DNA of 61,327 bases, counting the filler. It is 6 parts of 6 records of this genome, joined end to end, with 100 filler letters (N's around TTAATTAATTAA, not from the genome) between each part and the next. Parts side by side here need not be neighbours in the genome. Positions count along the whole stretch, not along the records: positions 1 to 12,776 come from SRR31156797_8883; positions 12,877 to 26,091 come from SRR31156797_8890; 4 more parts are not named here. The stretch is one strand, 5' to 3'. The position numbers and the translations under genes were made by a program. The notes beneath the pieces are model-generated. The model searched no databases. It was not told the origin of the DNA and saw only the letters and a program-made list of their open reading frames with translations. Shown piece after piece: positions 8,841 through 19,066 of this stretch (the stretch's first letter is position 1; every line of letters starts with the position of its first letter).

Positions 8841-10070
8841 ATGCCCTGGCGGAAATATCACACAATCTGGTTTGTCATGGCTTTTGGGTGGGTGGCCCTC
8901 TATGTGGTGCGTATGGGGATTTCGCCCGTGCTGGGCATGATCATGGAAGAATTCCATATTTCCTATGCCACCGCCGGGTCACTTTTCAGCGCCATTTTTC
9001 TTTCTTACACCCTCATGCAGTTGCCCTCAGGTTACCTGGGGGATCGTTTCGGTAGACGAAAGATCCTTATTGTCAGTACCTTGCTCTGGTTTTTTTTCTC
9101 TCTCGGCACGGCCCTGGTTCAGAGTTTTGCCATGCTGGTGGCGGTCCGGTTCCTCACCGGCTTTGCCCACGGCGCTTATTTCGGAAATGAGAAACCGACC
9201 ATTGTGGCCTTTACCCCCACGGAAAAAATGGGCCAGGGCCAAGCCGTATCCTTCATGGGTCTTGCATTCGGGTTTTTTCTGGCCGTGTTTTTCTCAGGAA
9301 TGATCGCCGATTACACCCACAACTGGCGATGGGTTTTTGTGGTCTTTGCCTTTCCCTCCTTCATTACCAGTTTCCTGGTCTTTAAGTTTGTGCGGGATCC
9401 CGAACCCCTTCCAAAAGAAAATGAAACCGAAGTTCGCATGGCCTACCGAAAGGCATTCATGGGCCGTGAGCTCTGGCTCATGTATCTCTTGGGTTTCACA
9501 CTGCTTTATGCCTACTGGCTTCTGGCCACCTGGATGCCTTCCATATACATGGAAATGGGCATTTCCACCATCACGGCCAGTTCCGTTCTATCCGGGATAC
9601 TGGGTCTGGTGGGTCTTCCGGGCCTGTTTATCATCGGAACGCTCAGTGATACATTTTCCCGAGGAGGGGTTGGGCGGAAGTGGTTTGTGGCCGCCAGTGC
9701 CCTCATATGGGCCATCTTAATGTTCGCCATGGCTTATGCGGTGGAGACAAGGGCCTCAAGCACCTTGATCACCGTCCTCTATTTGACCTCCGGGTTCTTC
9801 GCATTCGGGGTATGGCCTCCCTATTATGCCCTTTTGGGCGAACTGGCACCCAAGGGAATCGTGGGGACCACATTCGGCCTGGCCAACCTCATCGGCTTTT
9901 TGAGCTCCTGGGTTGCCCCCTTTTTCACCGGATGGGTGAAAGATACCACCGGCTCTTTTTCGGGCGGTTTGTATGTGGCGGCTTTCGTTCTGGCGGCCGG
10001 GATCATCCTCATCCTGGCGGTTAAAACCCCTAAAGGGGGGCGTAGCCGCAACCCAAAAGGCGTGAGATAA
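8841..10070 (+). CDS. MFS transporter
   Basis: Multiple TM helices, MFS motif A (GYLGDRFGRR), second-half GTLSD and PFFTGWVKDTTGSF. Confidence 0.93.
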   Translation: MPWRKYHTIWFVMAFGWVALYVVRMGISPVLGMIMEEFHISYATAGSLFSAIFLSYTLMQLPSGYLGDRFGRRKILIVSTLLWFFFSLGTALVQSFAMLVAVRFLTGFAHGAYFGNEKPTIVAFTPTEKMGQGQAVSFMGLAFGFFLAVFFSGMIADYTHNWRWVFVVFAFPSFITSFLVFKFVRDPEPLPKENETEVRMAYRKAFMGRELWLMYLLGFTLLYAYWLLATWMPSIYMEMGISTITASSVLSGILGLVGLPGLFIIGTLSDTFSRGGVGRKWFVAASALIWAILMFAMAYAVETRASSTLITVLYLTSGFFAFGVWPPYYALLGELAPKGIVGTTFGLANLIGFLSSWVAPFFTGWVKDTTGSFSGGLYVAAFVLAAGIILILAVKTPKGGRSRNPKGVR

Positions 10071-10266
10071 AGTTTTCCCGGTTTTGCGTTGAACCTTTTC
10101 ACCTGATGCCTGTTAAGACTAAAAATATTGCAATCTTTTTCAAAGTTTTGATATGATCTCAACACTTTTCTCAATACCATGCCCTGCCCTGATTTCATCC
10201 GGCTTCGGATTGCGGTAAACAAAAACCCAAAACCTTGCACCTAAACTCCTAACACCCAATCAAAGC

Positions 10267-10509
10267 TTGGATTATAAAACCCTTGTTGCCGGAAGCGGAA
10301 AAGAGGCCATGGAAATATTTGAAGCGCACAAAGAGCGGATTGATATGGTGATTCTGGATATGATCATGCCGAATATGAGCTGTGGCGAGGTTTATGACAG
10401 GATGAAAGACATCAACCCCAATGTGAAGGTCCTACTTTCCACTGGAGAACCTTTCGAGGTTTGTGCGGGAGTTTCCGGACGGGCAAGCCGTTTGAAACTC
10501 AAAAAGTAG
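10267..10509 (+). pseudogene. Fragment of a receiver (REC) domain
   Basis: YKTLVAGSGKEAMEIF...IDMVILDMIMPNMSCGEVYDRMKDINPNVKVLLSTG. Lacks the N-terminal acidic pair; similarity is lost after STG. Confidence 0.65.
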
Positions 10510-10561
10510 GTCTGGTGGCGGATAATGATATCCAGTCAGGTATTAGACAGGAGGGCATAAG

Positions 10562-12776
10562 ATGGGTACTCGAAGGGCTTCAGATCAAATGATGAATATC
10601 ATGGTCATCCTGGTCTTCCTCCTTGTGATTATCGGGGGCCCCCAATTGTCAATGGCACAGGATCAAAATGCCGCCGAACCCCCCCTGGTGGACGCATCTT
10701 CCAACAATTTCCCTCCCATGAATCTATTGGATAAAAATGGAAACCTGACCGGTTTCGGTTGTGAACTTGCGGATGCCGTCATAAAGGCCGTTGACCGCCG
10801 GATTCATCATATTGACTCATCTCAATGGGTCCAAGTTTTGGAGTGGCTGCAATCAGGTAAAGCTGATTTTATCCATGACACCGGATATACGGAAGATAGG
10901 GATAAGTTCCTTGACTACAGTGACCCGATCATGGAAATGCCGGAAGTCATTTTTGTCAGACAGAACCAATATGATATTACGGGCATTGATTCCTTGTCCG
11001 GCAAAACGGTCGCCTGTGTCAGAAAACACATTACACACCTGCACCTCCGGAATTTTCCGGAAATCAACAAACACATCGTGCAAACACCTGTAGAAGGTCT
11101 CTACGAACTGATATCCGGCAAGGTGGATGCTTTCATATACCCGAAACAGATTGTTCTCTATCTGGCTCAAAACCTCAGGTTGGAAGACAAAATAAAAATT
11201 GTCGGGGAGCCTCTCAGAATACTTGCCTGGTCAATGGTCGTAAAAGAGGGAAACAGAAAGGTGTTAGACCTTCTGAACCGGGGGATCGCCAGGGTCCGTA
11301 AAAGTGGTCAATATGATCGTATCTATGAAAAATGGTGGGGAAAGAAGGTCCTGGCCGGTTATTCAAGACGGGAACTATTTTTTATTACAGGGGTAACAAC
11401 GGGAGGCTCTTTATTGGTTTTCATTGCCATTGCCCTCTTATTTTTCAACCGCAGACTCCATAAAGGGAAGCGGAATTTGGAAGCGGAGGTCAACAAGCGT
11501 GTGGAAATGGAGAAAGCCCTGCTGAATCAGAAGGATTTCCTTCAGAAAGCGCAGGAGATCGGGAAAATCGGCGCGTGGGAATTGGACTTCAAGAAAAACG
11601 AGCTGTTGTGGACGGATGAGAATTACAAAATATTTGGACTTCCCATGGGAACGGAACTCTCCTATGAAACTTTCCTGAATTGTGTCCATCCTGTTGACAG
11701 GGAGTATGTGGATAAAGAATGGAAAGCAGCGTTTGATCAGAAGCCGTATGATATTGAATATCGATTGTTGGTGAACGGGAAGGAAAAATGGGTCAGGGAA
11801 AAGGCCGAAATTTATTTCAATGAAATGGGTGAATGCCTTCGCGGAACAGGTTTTACGCAGGACATCACTGAACGCAAACAGGCGGAAAATGAGCTGAAAG
11901 AGAATAAGAATTTCGTGGATAAAATTATCAATACGGCTCCGAATCTGGTGTACATTTACGATTTGCTTGAGAAACGGAATGTGTACTCAAATGATGGCAT
12001 GAGCAAGCTTCTCGGTTTCAGCGTGAACGAAATCCAGAATATGGGCGAACGGTTATTTCCCACGCTTCTGCATCCCGATGATGTTGATAAGGTGATAACC
12101 CATCATGCGCTTCTTAAAGAGTCCGCGGGCGAAGAAGTCTTGGAACTCGATTATCGCATGAAAAACAAGCACGGAGAATTTCGGATATTAAGAAGCTGGG
12201 ATACCCCGTTCAAACGGGGAGATGAGGGTATGGTGCAGCAGATTATAGGCCTGGCTACCGATGTTACCGAGCAGATACGGGCCGAAGAATCGTTGAGGTT
12301 TGAAAAGGAAAGGGCACAGCAGTATCTGGATGTTGCCGGGGTTATTTTGGTAGCCCTTGACAAAGATGGGAGAGTCACCGTTATCAATCCGAAAGGGTGC
12401 GAGGTATTGGGTTTTGCCAAAGAGGAAATTATCGGGAAAGATTGGTTTGATAATTTTCTATTTTCGGAAAATGTTGAAGCGGTTAAATCGGTTTTTAATC
12501 AAATCGTTTCCGGAGATGTAACGCCGGTCAAATATTATGAAAATCCGGTCAGAACCCGTGATGGCAACAACAAGCTCATAGCCTGGCACAATTCCATACT
12601 GAAAGATTCCTTTGGGAATATTATCGGCTTATTCAGTTCAGGTGAAGACATTACCGCACAAAAGCGGGCCGAGGCTGAGCGCGAGCAATTGCGCGACCAA
12701 CTGACCCAGGCCCGGAAAATGGAGGCCATTGGAACCTTGGCAGGGGGCATTGCCCATGATTTCAACAATATTTTGG
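10562..12776 (+). CDS. Sensor histidine kinase: periplasmic substrate-binding (SBP family 3) domain, TM, 3 PAS domains, HisKA; truncated by contig end
   Basis: NFPPMNLLD...GFGCELA...YDRIYEKW; PAS motifs VHPVDRE, LHPDD and IIGKDWF; QARKMEAIGTLAGGIAHDFNNIL H-box. Confidence 0.92.
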
Positions 12777-12876
12777 NNNNNNNNNNNNNNNNNNNNNNNN
12801 NNNNNNNNNNNNNNNNNNNNTTAATTAATTAANNNNNNNNNNNNNNNNNNNNNNNNNNNNNNNNNNNNNNNNNNNN
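12777..12876. other. Artificial contig spacer
   Basis: 44 N + TTAATTAATTAA + 44 N; genes truncated on both sides. Confidence 0.99.
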
Positions 12877-12909
12877 TCCATCAAATGACGGGACCGTACA
12901 TCTAGGTAG

Positions 12910-13635
12910 AACGCGTTCTGTAACAACGATGATTTCATCCTGAACAACGGAGTTTTCACCTTTCTCGGACACATCGGAGCACTGAAACGCCTTCGACGGG
13001 TCCGAGAACTCTTTAACAGGGAAGGCTGGGCGGAAAGCACACGCCGGCGGTTACGTTTGGCGCGACTTCGGGAAGAACTGGGACCGGCATTCGCTTCGAG
13101 CGTTCAACGGCTCCCGGTTGACGGCTGTGTTCTATTCAACGCTTTCGAAGACATCGACCAAATCGTCGTTCAAGTTCCGCTTTTCGTCGCGTTCCGGAAA
13201 GCCGGCTTTCGGCCTGTCATTCTGCTCAGCGGGCGATCCTCGGGGTGGTTGGAGGAAACGTATCGCTTAGGCAGAGTCAGCGACTTCCTATATTTTGAGG
13301 ATTTCGTACAGCAGGCGTCACTTGATCGACTCCAGCATCGCCGCCACCGGTTTGCGGAGACGGAATTGAAAGAAGCGTCAACGGAGGGAATTATTCCATC
13401 TAAAATCCGTTGAACTTTTGATGTTTTCGGCAGCCTCCATCGTCCGCCTATCGAACAGGAACAGAAAGTTTTCTCCGACGTCATGAGGAAATCGATATTT
13501 ATATCGTCAAGAAGGAAGCGCTTAGATCTTGTATCTGCGTTGTCCGAAAAAGGGAGCGATGTCGAGGCCGTAAAGGTGCGGTTTACGAACCGCAGAAACC
13601 TTTTTGAAATGCGCCTTGCCGAGGACATGCTGTAA
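12910..13635 (+). pseudogene. Degenerate/truncated paralogue of the downstream capsule-synthesis-like gene
   Basis: VLFNAFEDIDQIVVQVPLFVAFRKAGFRPVILLSGRSSGWLEETYRL aligns with LIFNCFQDVDQIILQWPLIAAFRKNGYEPWALLSARGLNWLEDTLRL of the next gene. In-frame TGA at 13411; the frame reopens to TAA 13633-13635. Confidence 0.6.
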
Positions 13636-15392
13636 TGCAGGATTTGAAAGTGTCGAGTTTGACCAGCACTTTGAAAAATGCAGCCAGAAAAGCACTCGTG
13701 ACAGTTGGTCTGCAACAGGCGGCGCGACAGCTTCTTGATTATCTCGTGCCCGCGCGGCGTACCGCCGCCAATCGACAAACGGAAAGGCTCGATCATTTCC
13801 GTCGACGAATGGGGGCTTCGTCCCAAAGTTCCTGCGGCGTCCCGGGAGAGGCCAAACGGCTTATTTTCAACTGCTTCCAGGACGTCGATCAGATCATCCT
13901 GCAGTGGCCTCTCATAGCGGCGTTTCGTAAGAACGGCTATGAACCGTGGGCTCTGTTGAGCGCGCGCGGCCTCAACTGGCTCGAAGATACGCTTCGCCTC
14001 GTCGGCGTCGAAAAGATGGTCTACTATGAGGATCTCGTTCCCTGCGGGCGGCACCAACAAACACAGGCTCTTCTTGACGGCATCATCGCCGACAAATCGG
14101 CGTTGGACCTGACCTATCGCGATATGTTGGTCGGTAAATATGCCCTTTCCACGTTTATGCGCCGGATGCGTGACGGCGACCCGGACTTGACCAACCCGGA
14201 GACGCGCCGGAAGTTTGCCAACCTCTTGTCCGAGGTTCTCAATTACGCCGATGCGGCAGCCACGCTTTTCGATCGCGTCCAACCCGCGGCGGCCCTAATC
14301 ATTGACCGGGGGTATTCCCCTCAAGGCCAGTTCTTCGACCTGATGATGGCGAGGGGCGCGCCGTGCATAACCTGGAATTCGACGCCTCGCAACCAGTCCC
14401 TGATGCTAAAACGCTATACCCAAGGCAACCGCGATAGCCACCATTCAACGCTGTCGCAAAAAAGCTGGAATGAAATCAAGTCGATGCCGTGGACGCCGAG
14501 CCATTGGCAATTCTTGTTTAACGAGTTCACCAGAGCCTACAGCAGTGGCGATTGGGCTGGCGTTGCGGGAACTCAGATCGATAAGGTCGTCCTGCAAAAG
14601 GATCAAGTCATCGAGCAGTTGAACTTGGACCCCGCCAAGAAGACAGTCATCGTTTTTTCACACATCTTCTGGGACAGCACTTTCTTCTGGGGCAAGGACA
14701 TCTTCCGCAATTATGAGGATTGGTTTCGGCAAACGGTGCGAACCGCGTGCGCAAATTCGAACTTGAACTGGGTTTTCAAGGTTCATCCCGCCAACGCCAT
14801 CAAAGATCGGCGCGATGGGTATACCGGAGAGCATTGCGAATTGACTGCAATCCGCGAGGAGGCTGGCAATCTTCCTTCGCACGTTAAGGTGATAAACGCG
14901 GATAGCCCGATTTCCACGATCTCGCTCTTTTCGGCAATGGATTTCTGTATCACCGTACGCGGGACCGTCGGAATTGAAGCGGCATGCCGGGGCGTCCCCG
15001 TGATCACAGCCGGTACCGGCCGGTACGACCGTAAAGGGTTTACAATCGATCCGGATACAACATCGCAATACCTGGAGCTTCTCGCCAAGTTGCCCAACCT
15101 TTCCCCGATGACCGAGACGCAAACCGAATTGGCCTGCCGCTTCGCGTATGGAATATTCCTAATGCGCCCGTTGCCGCTTCAGTCGATCCTGTTCGGGTAC
15201 CGCAAAGACACCACTGCCAGCGTCGATATCGATGTCCTTCTACCCGCAGGGGCAAATCCCTTTGAGGCACCGGATATCGCAGCCATAGCGAATTGGCTTG
15301 AAAGCGGCGACGAGGATTTCCTGGACCCAGGTTTCCCTGACACTTTTGTTGCTGGCAATATGACGAAAATGACCACGAACGACGGCTGTTAG
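13635..15392 (+). CDS. Capsular polysaccharide biosynthesis/modification protein (KpsS/KpsC-like GT-B fold)
   Basis: FSHIFWD, YEDWFRQTV, VFKVHPAN, CITVRGTVGIEAACRGVPVITAG pattern; located in a polysaccharide cluster. Confidence 0.7.
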   Translation: MQDLKVSSLTSTLKNAARKALVTVGLQQAARQLLDYLVPARRTAANRQTERLDHFRRRMGASSQSSCGVPGEAKRLIFNCFQDVDQIILQWPLIAAFRKNGYEPWALLSARGLNWLEDTLRLVGVEKMVYYEDLVPCGRHQQTQALLDGIIADKSALDLTYRDMLVGKYALSTFMRRMRDGDPDLTNPETRRKFANLLSEVLNYADAAATLFDRVQPAAALIIDRGYSPQGQFFDLMMARGAPCITWNSTPRNQSLMLKRYTQGNRDSHHSTLSQKSWNEIKSMPWTPSHWQFLFNEFTRAYSSGDWAGVAGTQIDKVVLQKDQVIEQLNLDPAKKTVIVFSHIFWDSTFFWGKDIFRNYEDWFRQTVRTACANSNLNWVFKVHPANAIKDRRDGYTGEHCELTAIREEAGNLPSHVKVINADSPISTISLFSAMDFCITVRGTVGIEAACRGVPVITAGTGRYDRKGFTIDPDTTSQYLELLAKLPNLSPMTETQTELACRFAYGIFLMRPLPLQSILFGYRKDTTASVDIDVLLPAGANPFEAPDIAAIANWLESGDEDFLDPGFPDTFVAGNMTKMTTNDGC

Positions 15393-15497
15393 CCCTTTCG
15401 TTGACGTATGGCCGCCTCGAACAGGCCGACGATTGCCCGATCCAGGCCGATTTCAGGGGATGACGGGCACAAGGTTGCTTGCATAAAAGGAGAGACG

Positions 15498-16211
15498 TTG
15501 ACCTCTTCGCCACCCTATGAGCCCCTGGAATGGACGGATGACCTTGTCGCTTCCATTTGGGAATACTATGGAACAAAAGCCGAGGCTTATTTCACCTACC
15601 AGTTCGGCGATAGAATTCTTGAGAAAACCAAAGGCTATATCCCGAAAAATGCAACCGTTTGCGATTACGGTTGTGGGGCCGGTTTTCTCCTGAAACATCT
15701 ACTGGAAACCCATCAAACGGCCGGCGTCGACTTCACGAGAAAAAACTTGGAAACGACGGCAGTTCTCGCCCAAGATCACCCAAACTTGATCGGCCTGTTT
15801 GAACCATCCGAATGCGCGTCCTTGGCCAAGTCCTTTGATGTCATCTATTTTGTCGAAACCGTCGAACATCTTCTCGACCATCATATCGACTCGACTTTCT
15901 CGGCACTCGTGAATTTGCTGAAACCAGGTGGGATCGTTATTTGCACCACGCCGAACGACGAGAACCTCAGTGAGCAGGAGGTTTTCTGCCCTGTTACTCG
16001 TAAGGTCTTCCATCGCTATCAACATATGCGTTCATTTACGGCGAAGAGCCTCAAACGGTTGTTTGCGGATCATGGATTCACGGAAGTCAAAACCTTCACG
16101 ACGGATTTCACCGCGAGAACGCTGAAAACCCGCCTTAAGGCGCAACTGCGGCCGGTCCTAGGAAAGAAGAATCCGCATCTCGTCTACATCGGGCACTCGC
16201 CGACGATATAA
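15498..16211 (+). CDS. Class I SAM-dependent methyltransferase
   Basis: CDYGCGAG, ETVEHL, LLKPGGIVICTTPN. TTG start at 15498 after AAAGGAG (ORF track begins at 15408). Confidence 0.88.
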   Translation: MTSSPPYEPLEWTDDLVASIWEYYGTKAEAYFTYQFGDRILEKTKGYIPKNATVCDYGCGAGFLLKHLLETHQTAGVDFTRKNLETTAVLAQDHPNLIGLFEPSECASLAKSFDVIYFVETVEHLLDHHIDSTFSALVNLLKPGGIVICTTPNDENLSEQEVFCPVTRKVFHRYQHMRSFTAKSLKRLFADHGFTEVKTFTTDFTARTLKTRLKAQLRPVLGKKNPHLVYIGHSPTI

Positions 16212-16256
16212 GGAAATCATGGTTGCTCCCGCTTACCGGCACGCATTGGCACCCGG

Positions 16257-17213
16257 ATGCCATTGACGTCTCATCAAATCTCCGTGTTACGGCGTGTACT
16301 CCCGGGAGCCTCCACCGTCGACGACGGTGTTGTCGTTGAAGGGCAGATCGTGGACTGCGCGGGAGGGATTGTTCGCTTTCGCGAAGACAGCGGCTACAAC
16401 ACCTCGTTTGCGCTACAGTGGACGAAATTCCAGCTCAACCAATATGATTCGGTCAACGGCACCACCCTTTATCGCGATAGATATGCCCGCGAAACAAGCT
16501 GGCCACTCACCGGTCTTGAAGGCGAGTTGATCCTGGAGGCCGGCTGCGGCGCCGGCGCGTTTACGTGTCATCTTGCAGCCACGGGCTGTGACCTCGTCTC
16601 GTTCGATTACAGCGCGGCAGTCGACGTCGCCGCCGAGCACAACGCCAACGGCAAAACCGTTTTCGCGCAGGCCGATATTCTCGACATGCCTTTTTCCGAT
16701 TCGGTTTTCGATCGGGTGTTTTGCCACGGGGTCCTGCAGCATACGCCCAACCCCGAACGCGCCTTCAAGGAACTGGACAAACGATTGAAGCCGGGCGGGA
16801 AGATATCCATCGACGTCTATCACAAGGATGGAAAGATCCGGCCCTGGAAATCGAAATATCTTTGGCGGCCGCTGACTACGCGCGTCCACCCCGATTCCCT
16901 GATGCGGTTTTTAAGATGGTTCATCCCGAAATGGCTGCCGACCGATACGTTCATCAAACGTATCCCGTACCTCGCCAATTATCTCGGTGCGGTCATTCCC
17001 TGTTGGAATTACCACTACACAACTTTGTCGCCCGAACAAAAGGTCGAGTGGGCCATCATGGACACTTTCGACGCGCTGGCCCCGGCCTACGACATCCCGG
17101 TGACCCGCCAGCAACTGGAAAGCTGGTTCCGGAATTGCGGATATATGGATTTCGAGGTCCGAGAGGGCGGCAACGGCCTGGTCGGAAACGGTCGCAAGTC
17201 CACGGAATTATAG
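16257..17213 (+). CDS. Class I SAM-dependent methyltransferase
   Basis: ILEAGCGAGAF, QADILDMPF, FDRVFCHGVLQHTPNP, LKPGG. Confidence 0.9.
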   Translation: MPLTSHQISVLRRVLPGASTVDDGVVVEGQIVDCAGGIVRFREDSGYNTSFALQWTKFQLNQYDSVNGTTLYRDRYARETSWPLTGLEGELILEAGCGAGAFTCHLAATGCDLVSFDYSAAVDVAAEHNANGKTVFAQADILDMPFSDSVFDRVFCHGVLQHTPNPERAFKELDKRLKPGGKISIDVYHKDGKIRPWKSKYLWRPLTTRVHPDSLMRFLRWFIPKWLPTDTFIKRIPYLANYLGAVIPCWNYHYTTLSPEQKVEWAIMDTFDALAPAYDIPVTRQQLESWFRNCGYMDFEVREGGNGLVGNGRKSTEL

Positions 17214-17221
17214 ATAAGTAA

Positions 17222-19066
17222 ATGTGCGGCATCGTTGGCCTTTGCGGCCCCCAGGAAGATAACTGGATAGAGCGCATGAACGTCGTCCAGGCTCATCGCG
17301 GGCCAGATGGCGCCGGCGTTTTTCGCGACCGTGACGCGGACCTATCGCTCGCCATGCGGCGGCTGGCGATCATCGACCTGGCCGACGGCCAGCAGCCGAT
17401 GACAACGGCCGACGGCTGCTTTACCATCGTCTTCAATGGCGAGATATACAACGCGCCGGAACTACGCCGTGAGATGGAAAGCCGGGGCGTTTCGTTCGCC
17501 ACCGACCATTCGGATACCGAGGTGGTGCTGAACCTTTTCGCCCAAAAGGGTCCGGAATGCCTCTCGCTCCTCAACGGCATGTTTGCCCTAGCGATTTACG
17601 ACCGCCGGGTCCGCCGCCTTTTTTGCGCCCGCGACCGCGTCGGCATCAAACCGTTCTACTACCTCAATCGCGACGGACGATTCGCCTTCGCTTCCGAGCT
17701 CAAGTCGTTGCTGACGCTTCCGTTCGTTTCACGCGAGATCGACCGTCAGAGCCTGTTCGACTATATGAGCCTGATGTTCGTGCCCGGCGCGAATACGCTT
17801 TTCCAAGGCATCCACCGCCTGCCCCCGGCACATTGTCTGACCGTCGATCTTTCAACCGGTTCGCACAGCATTCGACCCTGGTGGCAATTGCCGTTCGCGC
17901 AAGCGCCGGAACCGGCTCCGAAAGATCTGGCGGCCCAGGTTCGGGAGGAATTGGCCGCGGCCGTCAAGAGATGGACGTTATCGGACGTACCCATCGGCTG
18001 CCTGCTTTCGGGAGGGTTGGATTCGTCGGCCATTGTCGCACTGCTGGCGCGGGCGGGCGTACCGGTTAAAACCTATTCCCTGGGCTTCACCGGCCCCGGC
18101 GAGGAGGAATGGAGTGAACTTCCGCTGGCCCGGGCGGTTGCCGAGAAATGGGGAACGGACCACCATGAACTGGTCCTCGACCCCGATTCCCTGCTGGACG
18201 ACCTTGCCAGGATGGTCTGGCACATGGACGAGCCCTATGGCGGGGGGCTCCCCTCGTGGTCGGTGTTCAAGTTTATGAGCCGCGACGTCAAAGTTGCGTT
18301 GAGCGGCACCGGTGGAGACGAGTTGTTCGGCAACTACCACAAATACCGTGGGCTCGAAGGCGGCCTCGTGCGGCGTTTTCTGGGAAATCCGACAGCGCTG
18401 TCCACTGCGGCGCGTTTCCGCCGGGACTTCTTCGAAAGCCATTACTACTGCGCGGACGCCAGGAAAAGAGAGCAGATTTTCGCTGCAGATTTCGGGGAGA
18501 CCCGTGATACCCGCGATCTTCTGTACCGCCACTTCTCGGCCGACGGCACGCCGTCGCTGCGCGATCGTTCGGTGCGCACGGACTTCGAAACCCAGTTGCC
18601 CGAAGAATTCCTGGCCATGACCGACCGGTTTTCCATGGCCCACGGGATAGAGGCCCGAACGCCGTTCCTCGACCATGAATTCGTCGAATCAACCATGGCC
18701 ATCCCCGCCGCCGATCGCCTCAATCGTCGGGACTACAAGCGGTTGTTGCGCGACGCCGTTGGCGAGCTTCTTCCCACCGAACTGCTGAATGCGCCGAAAA
18801 AGGGTTTCGTAATCCCCTTGAAGCTTTGGCTCCGTGGCAGGCTTCGTCGAACGGCGGAAAACCTGCTTGCCCCCGATCGCCTAAACAAACAGAGGCTGTT
18901 CAATCCGCGTTTCTTCGAAACGACGGTCAAACCTCATCTCGACGGACAGACCGACAACACGACCTTGGTTTGGGGCGCGCTGATGTTCCAACTTTGGCAC
19001 ACCGTGTTCATGGAATCGGATTCCGTTGAATGCCCGACATGGGATGCCAAGGCGTTGTCGGAATGA
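17222..19066 (+). CDS. asnB: Asparagine synthase-like glutamine amidotransferase (probably glycan amidation)
   Basis: MCGIVG N-terminal Cys, HRGPDG, RRLAIIDL, FNGEIYN, LSGGLDSS, SGTGGDELF, EARTPFLD. Confidence 0.93.
   Translation: MCGIVGLCGPQEDNWIERMNVVQAHRGPDGAGVFRDRDADLSLAMRRLAIIDLADGQQPMTTADGCFTIVFNGEIYNAPELRREMESRGVSFATDHSDTEVVLNLFAQKGPECLSLLNGMFALAIYDRRVRRLFCARDRVGIKPFYYLNRDGRFAFASELKSLLTLPFVSREIDRQSLFDYMSLMFVPGANTLFQGIHRLPPAHCLTVDLSTGSHSIRPWWQLPFAQAPEPAPKDLAAQVREELAAAVKRWTLSDVPIGCLLSGGLDSSAIVALLARAGVPVKTYSLGFTGPGEEEWSELPLARAVAEKWGTDHHELVLDPDSLLDDLARMVWHMDEPYGGGLPSWSVFKFMSRDVKVALSGTGGDELFGNYHKYRGLEGGLVRRFLGNPTALSTAARFRRDFFESHYYCADARKREQIFAADFGETRDTRDLLYRHFSADGTPSLRDRSVRTDFETQLPEEFLAMTDRFSMAHGIEARTPFLDHEFVESTMAIPAADRLNRRDYKRLLRDAVGELLPTELLNAPKKGFVIPLKLWLRGRLRRTAENLLAPDRLNKQRLFNPRFFETTVKPHLDGQTDNTTLVWGALMFQLWHTVFMESDSVECPTWDAKALSE

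Noticed and set aside
12821-12832. TTAATTAATTAA palindrome recurring five times
   Set aside because: Always centred in N runs: an artificial linker, not a biological repeat or CRISPR.
13170-14282. 370-aa minus-strand ORF
   Set aside because: Antisense to the capsule-like gene and its paralogue, with no recognisable motifs; expected in GC-rich DNA.
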